A stretch of DNA of 64,000 nt from Eledone cirrhosa (GCA_964016885.1 OZ024741.1:284146001-284210000), one strand, 5' to 3'. Counted from the first letter of the stretch, positions 1-17,078 are shown. Made by a program: numbers and translations. The notes: a model not told the origin generated them from the letters alone.

Positions 1-3807
<3,807 letters not shown>

Positions 3808-3810
3808 ACA

Positions 3811-3820
3811 TATATATATG

Positions 3821-3851
<31 letters not shown>

Positions 3852-3888
3852 GTATGTATATATATATGTATGTATATATATATGTATG

Positions 3889-3919
<31 letters not shown>

Positions 3920-4676
3920 GTATGTATATATATATGTATGTATATATATATGTATGTATATATATATGTATGTATATATATATGTATGTATATATATATG
4001 TATGTATATATATATGTATGTATGTATATATATATGTATGTATGTATATATATATGTATGTATGTATATATATGTATATATATATATGTATATATATATG
4101 TATATATATATGTATATATATATGTATATATATATGTATGTATATATATATGTATATATATATATATGTATATATATATGTATATATATATGTATGTATA
4201 TATATATGTATATATATATGTATGTATATATATATGTATATATATATGTATGTATATATATATGTATATATATATGTATATATATATGTATATATATATG
4301 TATATATGTATATATATATGTATATATATATGTATATATGTATGTATATGTATATATATATGTATATATATATGTATATATATATGTATATATATATGTA
4401 TATATATATATGTATATATATATATGTATATATATATATGTATATATATATATATGTATATATATATGTATGTATATATATATATATGTATATATATATG
4501 TATGTATATATATATATATGTATATGTATATATATATGTATGTATATATATATATATGTATATGTATATATATATGTATGTATATATATATATATGTACA
4601 TATATATGTATGTATATATATATATGTGTACATATATATGTGTATATATGTATGTATGTATATATATATATGTATG

Positions 4677-4707
<31 letters not shown>

Positions 4708-4730
4708 GTGTATATATATATGTATATATA
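3811..4730. repeat. (TA)n/(TATG)n compound microsatellite
   Basis: Direct inspection. Confidence 0.99.
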
Positions 4731-4900
4731 GTATTAGTTATACTATTTATGGTTATGTAAATACAAAACCTTAAGCAGTTGTAAGTATTTTACACACACC
4801 CTAAATAGTGGTAGGCAGTAATGTATTACTACCTTATTACCAGTAAGTTAAGTAGCTCAATGTAAAAACATCAGATGATTTACAGAGCAGTTATATGAAA

Positions 4901-6475
4901 TATATAAGAATCAAAGAACTGTTCAAAACATTATTGTGCTTACAGCTGTTTCCTCCAAACCGAGGTTTGGATTCTTCGGAGCAATTTATTAATGCATGGA
5001 CAGTTATATGACCTCCTTTTCAGCCGAGAGACATACCAAATACATATTCAAACATTGATACATATTCAAACATTGTGGGTCAACATTCATTACAGAATTT
5101 AGAGTGGCAGTACACACTTCGAGATTACATTTATATTAATAGGTACAATCAAAAATCAAAGATATAGGTTAAAGTACAACATGAAGATAAGTGGTTATAT
5201 AGTGCAAATGTTATATGTGTGGCACGCATGTGCGTCTTGTTTATATAGTGTGGCAGAGAGATATGTGTGGTAGAGGCACTTAGGTAGGTAAATAAGAGTG
5301 TTAGGTTGGTAGGTCTGGTGGCAAAGTCTTTATATGATTGATATAGTCTGTGTGTGGAGAAATATTATAAGCATTAAAGATAGTGCAAGCATTAAAAGTG
5401 TTATAAGTATTGGAGATGCACAGCGCAGGGATGTCAAGTAATTCATGTACTTCGGCATTTTCATGGTCAAGGGAGTGTATATTTCGATTATATGCCTTTC
5501 ACATAATCCACGACAATCCAGTAAGAGATCGTAGTCTGGTGTTCTTTAGTTCGATACAGGGGGATGTTACGTTTCGAGAAACGCCATTGAATACCGGAAG
5601 TGTGTGTGTGGCTAAGGGGAGTTAATGCATGCGGGGAGGTAACTCTGGGGTTTCTATATCTAGCCATTAAAATGTGTCCCAATATAGACCCTAAATTCTA
5701 TGGTGAGGTGCACCTTCCAAGAGAGACTTTTAAAGCATAAAGTGTACTAACTATAGAGTAGTTTATATTATTATTAAGGTGGATTAACCCATCTTAAGGT
5801 GCTACAAATGGAAATTATAGATGATGAGCGAGGATTCTAAATTAATGATCTCTGTGGTTGTAGTCTGCTCATATGACCAGGCGCGGTGATTGCAGGATTG
5901 CTTCAGGACCCAATGATCTCTGGTAAGATCTGGGTCATCGCTTGCTACATTGGATGTCGAAAGATAATCGTCCCCAGGCAGGCCAAGGTCAATCCGCAGT
6001 CCTCGCGACCCCTCTCTGACCGTCAGATCATCCATATACGTACAACCCGCACGGCAGTTGCATTGCATTCACTCACTGCGCTCACCAGCCCGGTCCTACT
6101 GGTCAACAGCGCTACTCGATTAAATCATTTTACATCTGTCTAAGGAAGGTGTTTCCTCTGCCCAACACCATCCAACCGATCAATTCATGCTCAAATTACC
6201 CTTAGAGCGGTGTAGTGCCATCAAGTGGGTGGATGTTGTCACACCTGCCGTAGAGGTATAAATGGGTATTTTCCCCGCGAAGGGTTCCAGAGGGATGTCG
6301 TTGTTTGTGTTATAATGGATCAGCTAGTGTTGGGTATGTAGTATAGGGTGTGTTTCTGGTGTTTGATGCTAGATGTGGTGTTAGGTTCCAGTCCGACATT
6401 GCTATATATAGGGCTTAAAGTTTTGGAAGGAATGTCTGAGGCGGTGCTGGCAAGTTGCAAACACCTCAGATTTTT
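4901..6475. repeat. Left arm of ~1.57-kb inverted repeat
   Basis: Position x mirrors 14280-x; for example ORFs 5802..6068 and 8212..8478, or 5410..5625 and 8655..8870, are identical. Confidence 0.97.
4937..4983 (-). ncRNA. Minimal type I hammerhead ribozyme-like motif (variant core)
   Basis: Reverse complement of 9297-9343. Confidence 0.65.
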
Positions 6476-7763
6476 TGTTAAGTAGGTTACGGTTGGAGAA
6501 GATAATATTGTGTGTCTCTAGAATACAGAGGTTACAGAATTTATTAGGTGGTTTGTACGAGGTCGCGCTGCCTATCACTTCCCATTTGAGTGTGTATGGT
6601 TTATTTTTAGATTTTAGATAGTGTATGTAGCTAGAAAGTGAGGTGGAGTTGGCTAGGCTGTGCTTTTTGAACGAGTGGATGTGCGAGTTATATCTGATTT
6701 TGAAGCAGTTAGAAGTGGAGCCTACATAGGTTTCTGAAGAGTTATTAGTCGTGACTGTGCATGAGTATATGACATCCTTGGTTAGGCATTTTTTATCTAA
6801 AGGGCAGGTTCTATTAGCTCTACAGTTACAATTATTCTGTGCGTTAGTCCGCTGGTTATAATGCAATGCGGAAGTCTGTGTGGTGGATATAGGATTTTGG
6901 GTGTTCGGGTTGGCAACCCTGGTGTTATTACTTATACTAGTGTTATTTCTATTGTTACTGCCGTTGCTATTGTTGCTTGCTACAGTGGTATTTAGAGGGT
7001 TTGCATCCTGTTGTGATTTTGTTTGTTGGAAGTAAGAACTAATTTTACTATTATTGCTGCTAGCTATGTGGTATGCTAAGTTAGGCGTCGTAGAGTATGA
7101 GATTTTAATGGTGTTTTTGTTTAAGAGGTTGTGGTACTTGTGTCCTAGAGGGAAGTTTTTATCTAGTAGTGAGAAGAAAGCCCTAGGTATGTTGGTGGAG
7201 ACATTTAGGTTGAAAGGAGGGTTGAAAAATGTATTATTTCTTCTTCTATTTTTGCTTTTAGTGTTTGGTGTGTTGCTTCCTCCTAAGGCCTCACAGTAGT
7301 TTCCATGGTAATGGTTACTTCCTGTGGCACCCTCCGCTTTGGTGTACTTGTGGTTGCTATTCCTATTATTAGATTTCCTCATGGACATGTTGTGCGAGAT
7401 TATGTTGTAGCTATGTGTTTTCTTAGGTAGGAACTCAATTTCTATATTATGGCCGGAGCTAGCTAATGCTTGATTGTAATATTGTGAGTTTTTGCTAAAT
7501 ATGTTTGCGTCATAGGACAGACTAGAGATTCTATTGGACACCCCCTTAGAGATAGAGTTTAATATTGATCTAGGGTGATTAGACTTGGTATCTACGTAAA
7601 TAAGTTTCTCATTAGGCTTATGGAAAGGTGTATATATTTTTGAGTCTAGGTATAGTGTGGCGTCTAGGAAGTTAACATTTTTAGTGTTTTTGTCCATGGT
7701 GATACTAAGGTTAAAGTTTTTGAATGTCTTATGCAGTTGTTTTCTAGTTCTTTCTATATTAAA
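6402..7763 (-). CDS. PLE ORF fragment: RT C-terminus/thumb, Asn-rich linker, CxCx5C motif, GIY-YIG endonuclease
   Basis: The frame extends upstream of the listed ORF as FNIERTRKQLHKTFKNFNLSITMDKNTKNVNFLD, then ..YVDTKSNHP, FFNPPF, CNCRANRTCPLDKKCLTKDVIY..TYVGST..FKIRYNSH, CNLC..KKSEVFATCQH. Confidence 0.9.
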   Translation of the reverse strand, partial: FNIERTRKQLHKTFKNFNLSITMDKNTKNVNFLDATLYLDSKIYTPFHKPNEKLIYVDTKSNHPRSILNSISKGVSNRISSLSYDANIFSKNSQYYNQALASSGHNIEIEFLPKKTHSYNIISHNMSMRKSNNRNSNHKYTKAEGATGSNHYHGNYCEALGGSNTPNTKSKNRRRNNTFFNPPFNLNVSTNIPRAFFSLLDKNFPLGHKYHNLLNKNTIKISYSTTPNLAYHIASSNNSKISSYFQQTKSQQDANPLNTTVASNNSNGSNNRNNTSISNNTRVANPNTQNPISTTQTSALHYNQRTNAQNNCNCRANRTCPLDKKCLTKDVIYSCTVTTNNSSETYVGSTSNCFKIRYNSHIHSFKKHSLANSTSLSSYIHYLKSKNKPYTLKWEVIGSATSYKPPNKFCNLCILETHNIIFSNRNLLNKKSEVFATCQHRLRHSFQNFKPYI

Positions 7764-7804
7764 TTTCTAGTTCTTTCTATATTAAATTTTCTATATTAAA
7801 TATT

Positions 7805-9379
7805 AAAAATCTGAGGTGTTTGCAACTTGCCAGCACCGCCTCAGACATTCCTTCCAAAACTTTAAGCCCTATATATAGCAATGTCGGACTGGAACCTAAC
7901 ACCACATCTAGCATCAAACACCAGAAACACACCCTATACTACATACCCAACACTAGCTGATCCATTATAACACAAACAACGACATCCCTCTGGAACCCTT
8001 CGCGGGGAAAATACCCATTTATACCTCTACGGCAGGTGTGACAACATCCACCCACTTGATGGCACTACACCGCTCTAAGGGTAATTTGAGCATGAATTGA
8101 TCGGTTGGATGGTGTTGGGCAGAGGAAACACCTTCCTTAGACAGATGTAAAATGATTTAATCGAGTAGCGCTGTTGACCAGTAGGACCGGGCTGGTGAGC
8201 GCAGTGAGTGAATGCAATGCAACTGCCGTGCGGGTTGTACGTATATGGATGATCTGACGGTCAGAGAGGGGTCGCGAGGACTGCGGATTGACCTTGGCCT
8301 GCCTGGGGACGATTATCTTTCGACATCCAATGTAGCAAGCGATGACCCAGATCTTACCAGAGATCATTGGGTCCTGAAGCAATCCTGCAATCACCGCGCC
8401 TGGTCATATGAGCAGACTACAACCACAGAGATCATTAATTTAGAATCCTCGCTCATCATCTATAATTTCCATTTGTAGCACCTTAAGATGGGTTAATCCA
8501 CCTTAATAATAATATAAACTACTCTATAGTTAGTACACTTTATGCTTTAAAAGTCTCTCTTGGAAGGTGCACCTCACCATAGAATTTAGGGTCTATATTG
8601 GGACACATTTTAATGGCTAGATATAGAAACCCCAGAGTTACCTCCCCGCATGCATTAACTCCCCTTAGCCACACACACACTTCCGGTATTCAATGGCGTT
8701 TCTCGAAACGTAACATCCCCCTGTATCGAACTAAAGAACACCAGACTACGATCTCTTACTGGATTGTCGTGGATTATGTGAAAGGCATATAATCGAAATA
8801 TACACTCCCTTGACCATGAAAATGCCGAAGTACATGAATTACTTGACATCCCTGCGCTGTGCATCTCCAATACTTATAACACTTTTAATGCTTGCACTAT
8901 CTTTAATGCTTATAATATTTCTCCACACACAGACTATATCAATCATATAAAGACTTTGCCACCAGACCTACCAACCTAACACTCTTATTTACCTACCTAA
9001 GTGCCTCTACCACACATATCTCTCTGCCACACTATATAAACAAGACGCACATGCGTGCCACACATATAACATTTGCACTATATAACCACTTATCTTCATG
9101 TTGTACTTTAACCTATATCTTTGATTTTTGATTGTACCTATTAATATAAATGTAATCTCGAAGTGTGTACTGCCACTCTAAATTCTGTAATGAATGTTGA
9201 CCCACAATGTTTGAATATGTATCAATGTTTGAATATGTATTTGGTATGTCTCTCGGCTGAAAAGGAGGTCATATAACTGTCCATGCATTAATAAATTGCT
9301 CCGAAGAATCCAAACCTCGGTTTGGAGGAAACAGCTGTAAGCACAATAATGTTTTGAACAGTTCTTTGATTCTTATATT
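7805..9379. repeat. Right arm of ~1.57-kb inverted repeat (sense copy of the PLE 3' end on +)
   Basis: Reverse complement of 4901-6475, starting AAAAATCTGAGGTGTTTGC. Confidence 0.97.
9297..9343 (+). ncRNA. Minimal type I hammerhead ribozyme-like motif (variant core)
   Basis: TGCT-CCGAAGA-A-TCCAAAC(CTCG)GTTTGGA-G-GAAA-CAGCTG-TA-AGCA gives stem I TGCT/AGCA, a 7-bp stem II, palindromic stem III ACAGCTGT and a GUA cleavage triplet. Minimal hammerheads are characteristic of PLE pseudo-LTRs. Confidence 0.65.
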
Positions 9380-9393
9380 TCATATATTTCATA

Positions 9394-9507
9394 TGTATAT
9401 ATATATGTATATATATATATGTATATATATATATGTATATATGTATATATATGTATATATGTATGTATATATATATATATGTATATATGTATATATATAT
9501 ATGTATA
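9394..9507. repeat. (TA)n/(TATG)n microsatellite
   Basis: Direct inspection. Confidence 0.97.
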
Positions 9508-10377
9508 TCATCATCATCATCATCATCATCAGCGTTTAACGTCCGTGTTCCACGCTTGCATGGGTTTGGACGGGGGTAGTCCCACTTGAGGCAAGAGTGA
9601 TTGTCTTGCTCGCATAGGACTGTCTGGCAGGTTTTCTACAGTTGGATGCCCTTCCTAACACCAACCACATTTACAGTGTGGGTCTGGGAGGTTTTTACCG
9701 TGTTGCCTACACGGCCACATTACAGCGTGGACTGTGTGTTTTTTTGTCGTGACACCTACACGATCTCATTTGTTTCGGCCTCGATGGCGCGGCACCAACA
9801 TAACTTTACATAGAACGGGGTGGTGTGGATCGGGTGGGGGTGGTGGGACGGGGTGTATTTGTTAGAGATGCCTACTGGCTGGAGTAGGTTTTACTATATA
9901 TTTAGGTAAGGCGGGTCTTCTCTGTTACTGAGTACCGCCAAAGGTCTCGGTCCAGTGACATTGTCTTGGAGAGGTGTAAGTGTGTGATGTCGGAGTTTAT
10001 CAGCTCGTCCCAGGTTTTTCTAGGTCTGCCTATTCCGTGACTACCGTCTATCTTTATTGCCCTGCACTTTGTTATACAGCTATCGACTTTCATGCGCATC
10101 ACGTGTCCATACCAACGTAGCCTTCTCTCGAGTAAACAACATCTGATCCCTCTTATCTCTAATTTATTCCTTAGTTCGTTTATGCTTTGCCGTTCACGTA
10201 TATTACTGTTACACATCCAGCGGAGCATGCAAGCTTCGTTCCTCTCTAGTCTGCGTATATCCTCTGCACACAATGCCCAGGTCTCACTGCCATGCAGCAT
10301 TGCTGTTCGTATGCAGGCATCGTACAACCTGCCTTTCATTTTTAGTGAGAACCCTTTAGCAGCTAATAGTGGTATAA
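9508..10377 (-). mobile_element. RTE family 1 copy B (3' fragment with tail)
   Basis: ORF 9902..10339 matches the RTE C-terminus; same 3' UTR and (TCA)n tail; reverse complement of 15662-16527. Confidence 0.95.
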
Positions 10378-11648
<1,271 letters not shown>

Positions 11649-12964
11649 GACCTGACACTCATAGCGGAATCAATGGCCGAGCTAGAGAAGAAATTCCAAA
11701 CATGGAAGCACGGCCTAGAGTCAAAAGGACTTAAAATTAACCTGGCTAAGACCAAAGTTCTAGTTTGTAGGAAAGAAAACAAGGCGGCGGTCCCTTCTGG
11801 GAAATGGTCGTGCTCGGTATGTAGGAAAGGCGTAGGTAGAAACTCCATCTTATGTCCTAAATGCAAAGTATGGGTGCATAAAAGATGTAGTGGGATCACA
11901 GGTAAGCTAACTAAGAACATAGACTTTACATGTGGCCGATGTTCTGGTGCAATAAGTAGCAGCAAGTGCCCACAAAATACTAGCTCTTTCAATTGCGCAG
12001 AGGGTTCTATAGAAATAGTGGACAGCTTCCGTTACCTGGGCGATAAAATCAGCAGTGGGGGAGGGTGCTCTGAAAGTACTGTAGCTAGAGTCAGAACTGG
12101 TTGGAAAAAGTTCAGAGAGCTTATACCACTATTAGCTGCTAAAGGGTTCTCCCTAAAAATGAAAGGCAGGTTGTACGATGCCTGCATACGAACAGCAATG
12201 TTGCATGGTAGTGAGACCTGGGCATTGTGTGCAGAGGATATACGCAGACTAGAGAGGAACGAAGCTTGAATGCTCCGCTGGATGTGTAACAGTAATATAC
12301 GTGAACGGCAAAGCATAAACGAACTAAGGAAAAAATTAGAGATAAGAGGGATCAGATGTTGTTTACTCGAGAGAAGGCTGCGTTGGTATGGACACGTGAT
12401 GCGCATGAAAGTCGATAGCTGTATTACAAAGTGCAGGGCAATAAAGATAGACGGTAGCCACGGAATAGGCAGACCTAGAAAAACATGGGATGAGCTGATA
12501 AACTCCAACCTCATACACTTACACCTCTCCAAGACAATGTCACTGGACCGTGACCTTTGGCGGTACTCAGTAACAGAGAAGACCCGCCTTGCCAGTAGGC
12601 ATCTCTAACAAACTACACCCCGTCCCGCCACCACCCCCACCCCATCCACACCACCCCGTTCCATGTAAAGTTATGTTGGTGCCGCGCCATCCAGGCCGAA
12701 ACAAACGAGATCGTGTAGGTGTCACGACAAAAAAACACACAGTCCACGCTGTAATGTGGCCGTGTAGGCAACACGGTAAAAACCTCCCAGACCCACACTG
12801 TAAATGTGGTTGGTGTTAGGAAGGGCATCCAACTGTAGAAAACCTGCCAGACAGTCCTATGCGAGCAAGACAATCACTCTTGCCTCAAGTGGGACTACCC
12901 CCGTCCAAACCCATGCAAGCGTGGAACACGGACGTTAAACGTTGATGATGATGATGATGATGAT
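11649..12964 (+). mobile_element. RTE family 1 copy C (5'-truncated inside RT; nonsense TGA at 12267-12269)
   Basis: Begins DLTLIAESM; the Cys codon TGC of the other copies is TGA here; ends LASRHL, 3' UTR and (GAT)n. Confidence 0.95.
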
Positions 12965-13264
12965 ATATATGTATATCTATATATTTATATATATATATAT
13001 ATGTATATCTATATATTTATATATATATATATATGTATATCTATATATTTATATATATATATGTATATCTATATATTTATAGATATATATATGTATATCT
13101 ATATATTTATATATATATATGTATATCTATATATTTATATATATATATATATATGTATATCTATATATTTATATATATATATATATGTATATCTATATAT
13201 TTATATATATATATATATGTATATCTATATATTTATATATATATATATATGTATATCTATATAT
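12965..13264. repeat. Compound minisatellite, unit ATGTATATCTATATATTT(AT)n
   Basis: About ten tandem units of 26-34 bp. Confidence 0.95.
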
Positions 13265-16200
13265 TTATGTGGGAAACGACGATGGGCTGGGTGGAGTAGG
13301 AATCATGGTAGCAGAAAAGTGGGCAGATAAGATAATAGACGTAAATAGAGTGAACGACAGAATAATTAAAATACGACTTGTCCTCAATAGAACTACGGTG
13401 ACAGTAATATCTGCGTACGCACCCCAATCCGGACTGCCCGGCACTATAAAAGACAGATTCTATGAGACACTGATGCTAACTACCTCCCAAATATCCGACA
13501 GTGACTATATAATTATCGCAGGCGACCTAAATGGTCACGTTGGACAACATTGTGACGGCTACGACGAAATCCATGGAGGCTATGGGTTTGGTACTAGAAA
13601 TGAGGAAGGCTCCAGAATCCTGGAATTCTGTGATGCAAATAACCTAACTATCTGTAACACTAACTTCAAAAAACGTGACAATCACCTGATCACCTATAGA
13701 TCCGGGGAACACACAAGCCAGGTAGATTATATCCTTACCAGAAGACGTGACAGAGTGTCTGTTGTTAATACTAAATCCCTCCCCCATGAAGAATGCACCT
13801 CCCAACATAGACTGATAATTAGCGACCTCATAGTCAGGACGAGACGTACTCGACAACAGAAGAGGACTATCCTCAGGAGGAAAATATGGAAGTTAAAGGA
13901 CCCCACAGCCAGGAATAAATTTCAAAGCATATTACTTGATGCTTTCGACAGTAAGGAAGAACATTTAGAGTCGGACAATATAGAGGGAGAGTGGGAATTT
14001 CTGAAAGCAAACCTGCTGTTGGCGACAGACGAGGTCTGTGGCTGGAGCAGGCCTGTAGGCAGGAGGAGAGTAACATGGTGGTGGAACAGTAAGGTGGAGG
14101 GGTCAATTAAGGCCAAAAAGCAGGCTTGGAAAGTATGGCGGGATGGGGGAAGTAGAGAGGACTATCAAGTGGCCAGGAGGGAAGCTAGGAGACAAGTGTA
14201 CTTAGCAAGAAGGGAAGCTGAGGAAAGAAAGTTCAAGCATGTTCTACAACGCGATGACCAAAAACGTGAGGTGTTCAGGATTGCTAGGCAATGCGTCAAG
14301 GAAAACCGTGATATTGTCGGGGAGAAGTGTGTACTAAACGACGATGGCACACTTGCCATCACCGACGCTGATAAGAAGGTAGCTTGGAAGTGTCACTATG
14401 AAAGGCTTCTAAATGAGGAGAATAATTGGGAGAAAGGCAGTCTCCCCCATATCGACCCAATAGAGGGACCAGCAGTGTTAGTCGAGGGGAGTATAATAAG
14501 TAAGGCAATCAAGGATATGAAGACTGGTAAGGCGGCTGGGCCTTCGGAAATAGTTGCTGAGATGCTGAAGGCATCTGGCACGGTGGGACACACCATGGTC
14601 ACCCGCATAGTTAACCAAGTCGTACAAAACGGGGTTGTTCCGAAGGACTGGCATAGCAGCATCATCGTTAACTGTTATAAGGGTAAAGGAGACGCCCTAG
14701 ATAGGAGTAACTATAGAGGCATTAAATTAATCGACCAGGTCATGAAGGTCACGGAAAGAGTAATAGCGCAACTAATCAGAGAGAGAATTGACCTAGATGA
14801 AATGCAGTTCGGGTTTGTGTCAGGCAAAAGTACCACAGACGCTCTTTTCATAGTACGACAACTACAAGAGAAGTACCTAGCTAAAGGTAAACCCCTCTAC
14901 TTAGCTTTTGTCGACTTGGAGAAAGCCTTCGACAGAGTCCCCCCGCTCCATTATCTGGTGGGCTCTTAGAAAACTAGGCGTTGACGAATGGCTTGTGAGG
15001 GCTATACAAGCCATGTATAAAGAAACAGTCAGCAAGGTTAGAATTAACAACGAATATAGTGAAGAGTTTAGCGTAAAAGTCGGCGTCCATCAGGGCTCTG
15101 TTCTCAGTCCACTACTATTTATTATTGCCCTTCAGGCCATAACAGAGGAGTTCAAGACAGGCTGCCCATGGGAACTCCTATACGCAGACGACCTGACACT
15201 CATAGCGGAATCAATGGCCGAGCTAGAGAAGAAATTCCAAACATGGAAGCACGGCCTAGAGTCAAAAGGACTTAAAATTAACCTGGCTAAGACCAAAGTA
15301 CTAGTTTGTAGGAAAGAAAACAAGGCGGCGGTCCCTTCTGGGAAATGGTCGTGCTCGGTGTGTAGGAAAGGCGTAGGTAGAAACTCCATTTTATGTCCTA
15401 AATGCAAAGTATGGGTGCATAAAAGATGTAGTGGGATCACAGGTAGGCTAACTAAGAACATAGATTTTACATGTGGCCGGTGCTCTGGTGCAATAAGTAG
15501 CAGCAAGTGCCCACAAACTACTAGCTCTTTCAATTGCGCAGAGGGTTCTATAGAAATAGTGGACAGCTTCCGTTACCTGGGCGATAAAATCAGCAGTGGG
15601 GGAGGGTGCTCTGAAAGTACTGTAGCTAGAGTCAGAACTGGTTGGAAAAAGTTCAGAGAGCTTATACCACTATTAGCTGCTAAAGGGTTCTCACTAAAAA
15701 TGAAAGGCAGGTTGTACGATGCCTGCATACGAACAGCAATGCTGCATGGCAGTGAGACCTGGGCATTGTGTGCAGAGGATATACGCAGACTAGAGAGGAA
15801 CGAAGCTTGCATGCTCCGCTGGATGTGTAACAGTAATATACGTGAACGGCAAAGCATAAACGAACTAAGGAATAAATTAGAGATAAGAGGGATCAGATGT
15901 TGTTTACTCGAGAGAAGGCTACGTTGGTATGGACACGTGATGCGCATGAAAGTCGATAGCTGTATAACAAAGTGCAGGGCAATAAAGATAGACGGTAGTC
16001 ACGGAATAGGCAGACCTAGAAAAACCTGGGACGAGCTGATAAACTCCGACATCACACACTTACACCTCTCCAAGACAATGTCACTGGACCGAGACCTTTG
16101 GCGGTACTCAGTAACAGAGAAGACCCGCCTTACCTAAATATATAGTAAAACCTACTCCAGCCAGTAGGCATCTCTAACAAATACACCCCGTCCCACCACC

Positions 16201-16527
16201 CCCACCCGATCCACACCACCCCGTTCTATGTAAAGTTATGTTGGTGCCGCGCCATCGAGGCCGAAACAAATGAGATCGTGTAGGTGTCACGACAAAAAAA
16301 CACACAGTCCACGCTGTAATGTGGCCGTGTAGGCAACACGGTAAAAACCTCCCAGACCCACACTGTAAATGTGGTTGGTGTTAGGAAGGGCATCCAACTG
16401 TAGAAAACCTGCCAGACAGTCCTATGCGAGCAAGACAATCACTCTTGCCTCAAGTGGGACTACCCCCGTCCAAACCCATGCAAGCGTGGAACACGGACGT
16501 TAAACGCTGATGATGATGATGATGATG
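13265..16527 (+). mobile_element. RTE family 1 copy D (longest; partial APE endonuclease plus RT; +1 frameshift in C-run 14939-14944)
   Basis: [38 protein letters not shown] (APE) followed by RT. There are six C here versus five in copy A. ORFs 13119..14969 and 14908..16137 join across this run. Confidence 0.96.

Positions 16528-17078
<551 letters not shown>

Larger units (their letters stand above)
4731..9393 (-). mobile_element. Penelope-like retroelement (Naiad-type), 5'-truncated, with fold-back inverted pseudo-LTR
   Basis: RT C-terminus plus GIY-YIG ORF at 6402-7763, long 3' region, hammerhead-like motif and inverted duplication. The whole block is bounded by (TA)n tracts. Assignment of 4731-4900 to the element is inferred. 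Confidence 0.85.

Noticed and set aside
5040-5075. 18-bp tandem duplication ATACATATTCAAACATTG in the PLE 3' region
   Set aside because: Ordinary short duplication, present in both arms; no function can be inferred.
5410-6143. Small ORFs duplicated at 8137-8870
   Set aside because: Duplicated only because of the inverted repeat; no recognisable motifs and mostly non-ATG starts.
12267-12269. In-frame TGA at a Cys position as possible selenocysteine
   Set aside because: The other three copies have TGC, so a private nonsense mutation is simpler. The PLE ORF fragment also has no in-frame TGA, so there is no selenoprotein evidence.
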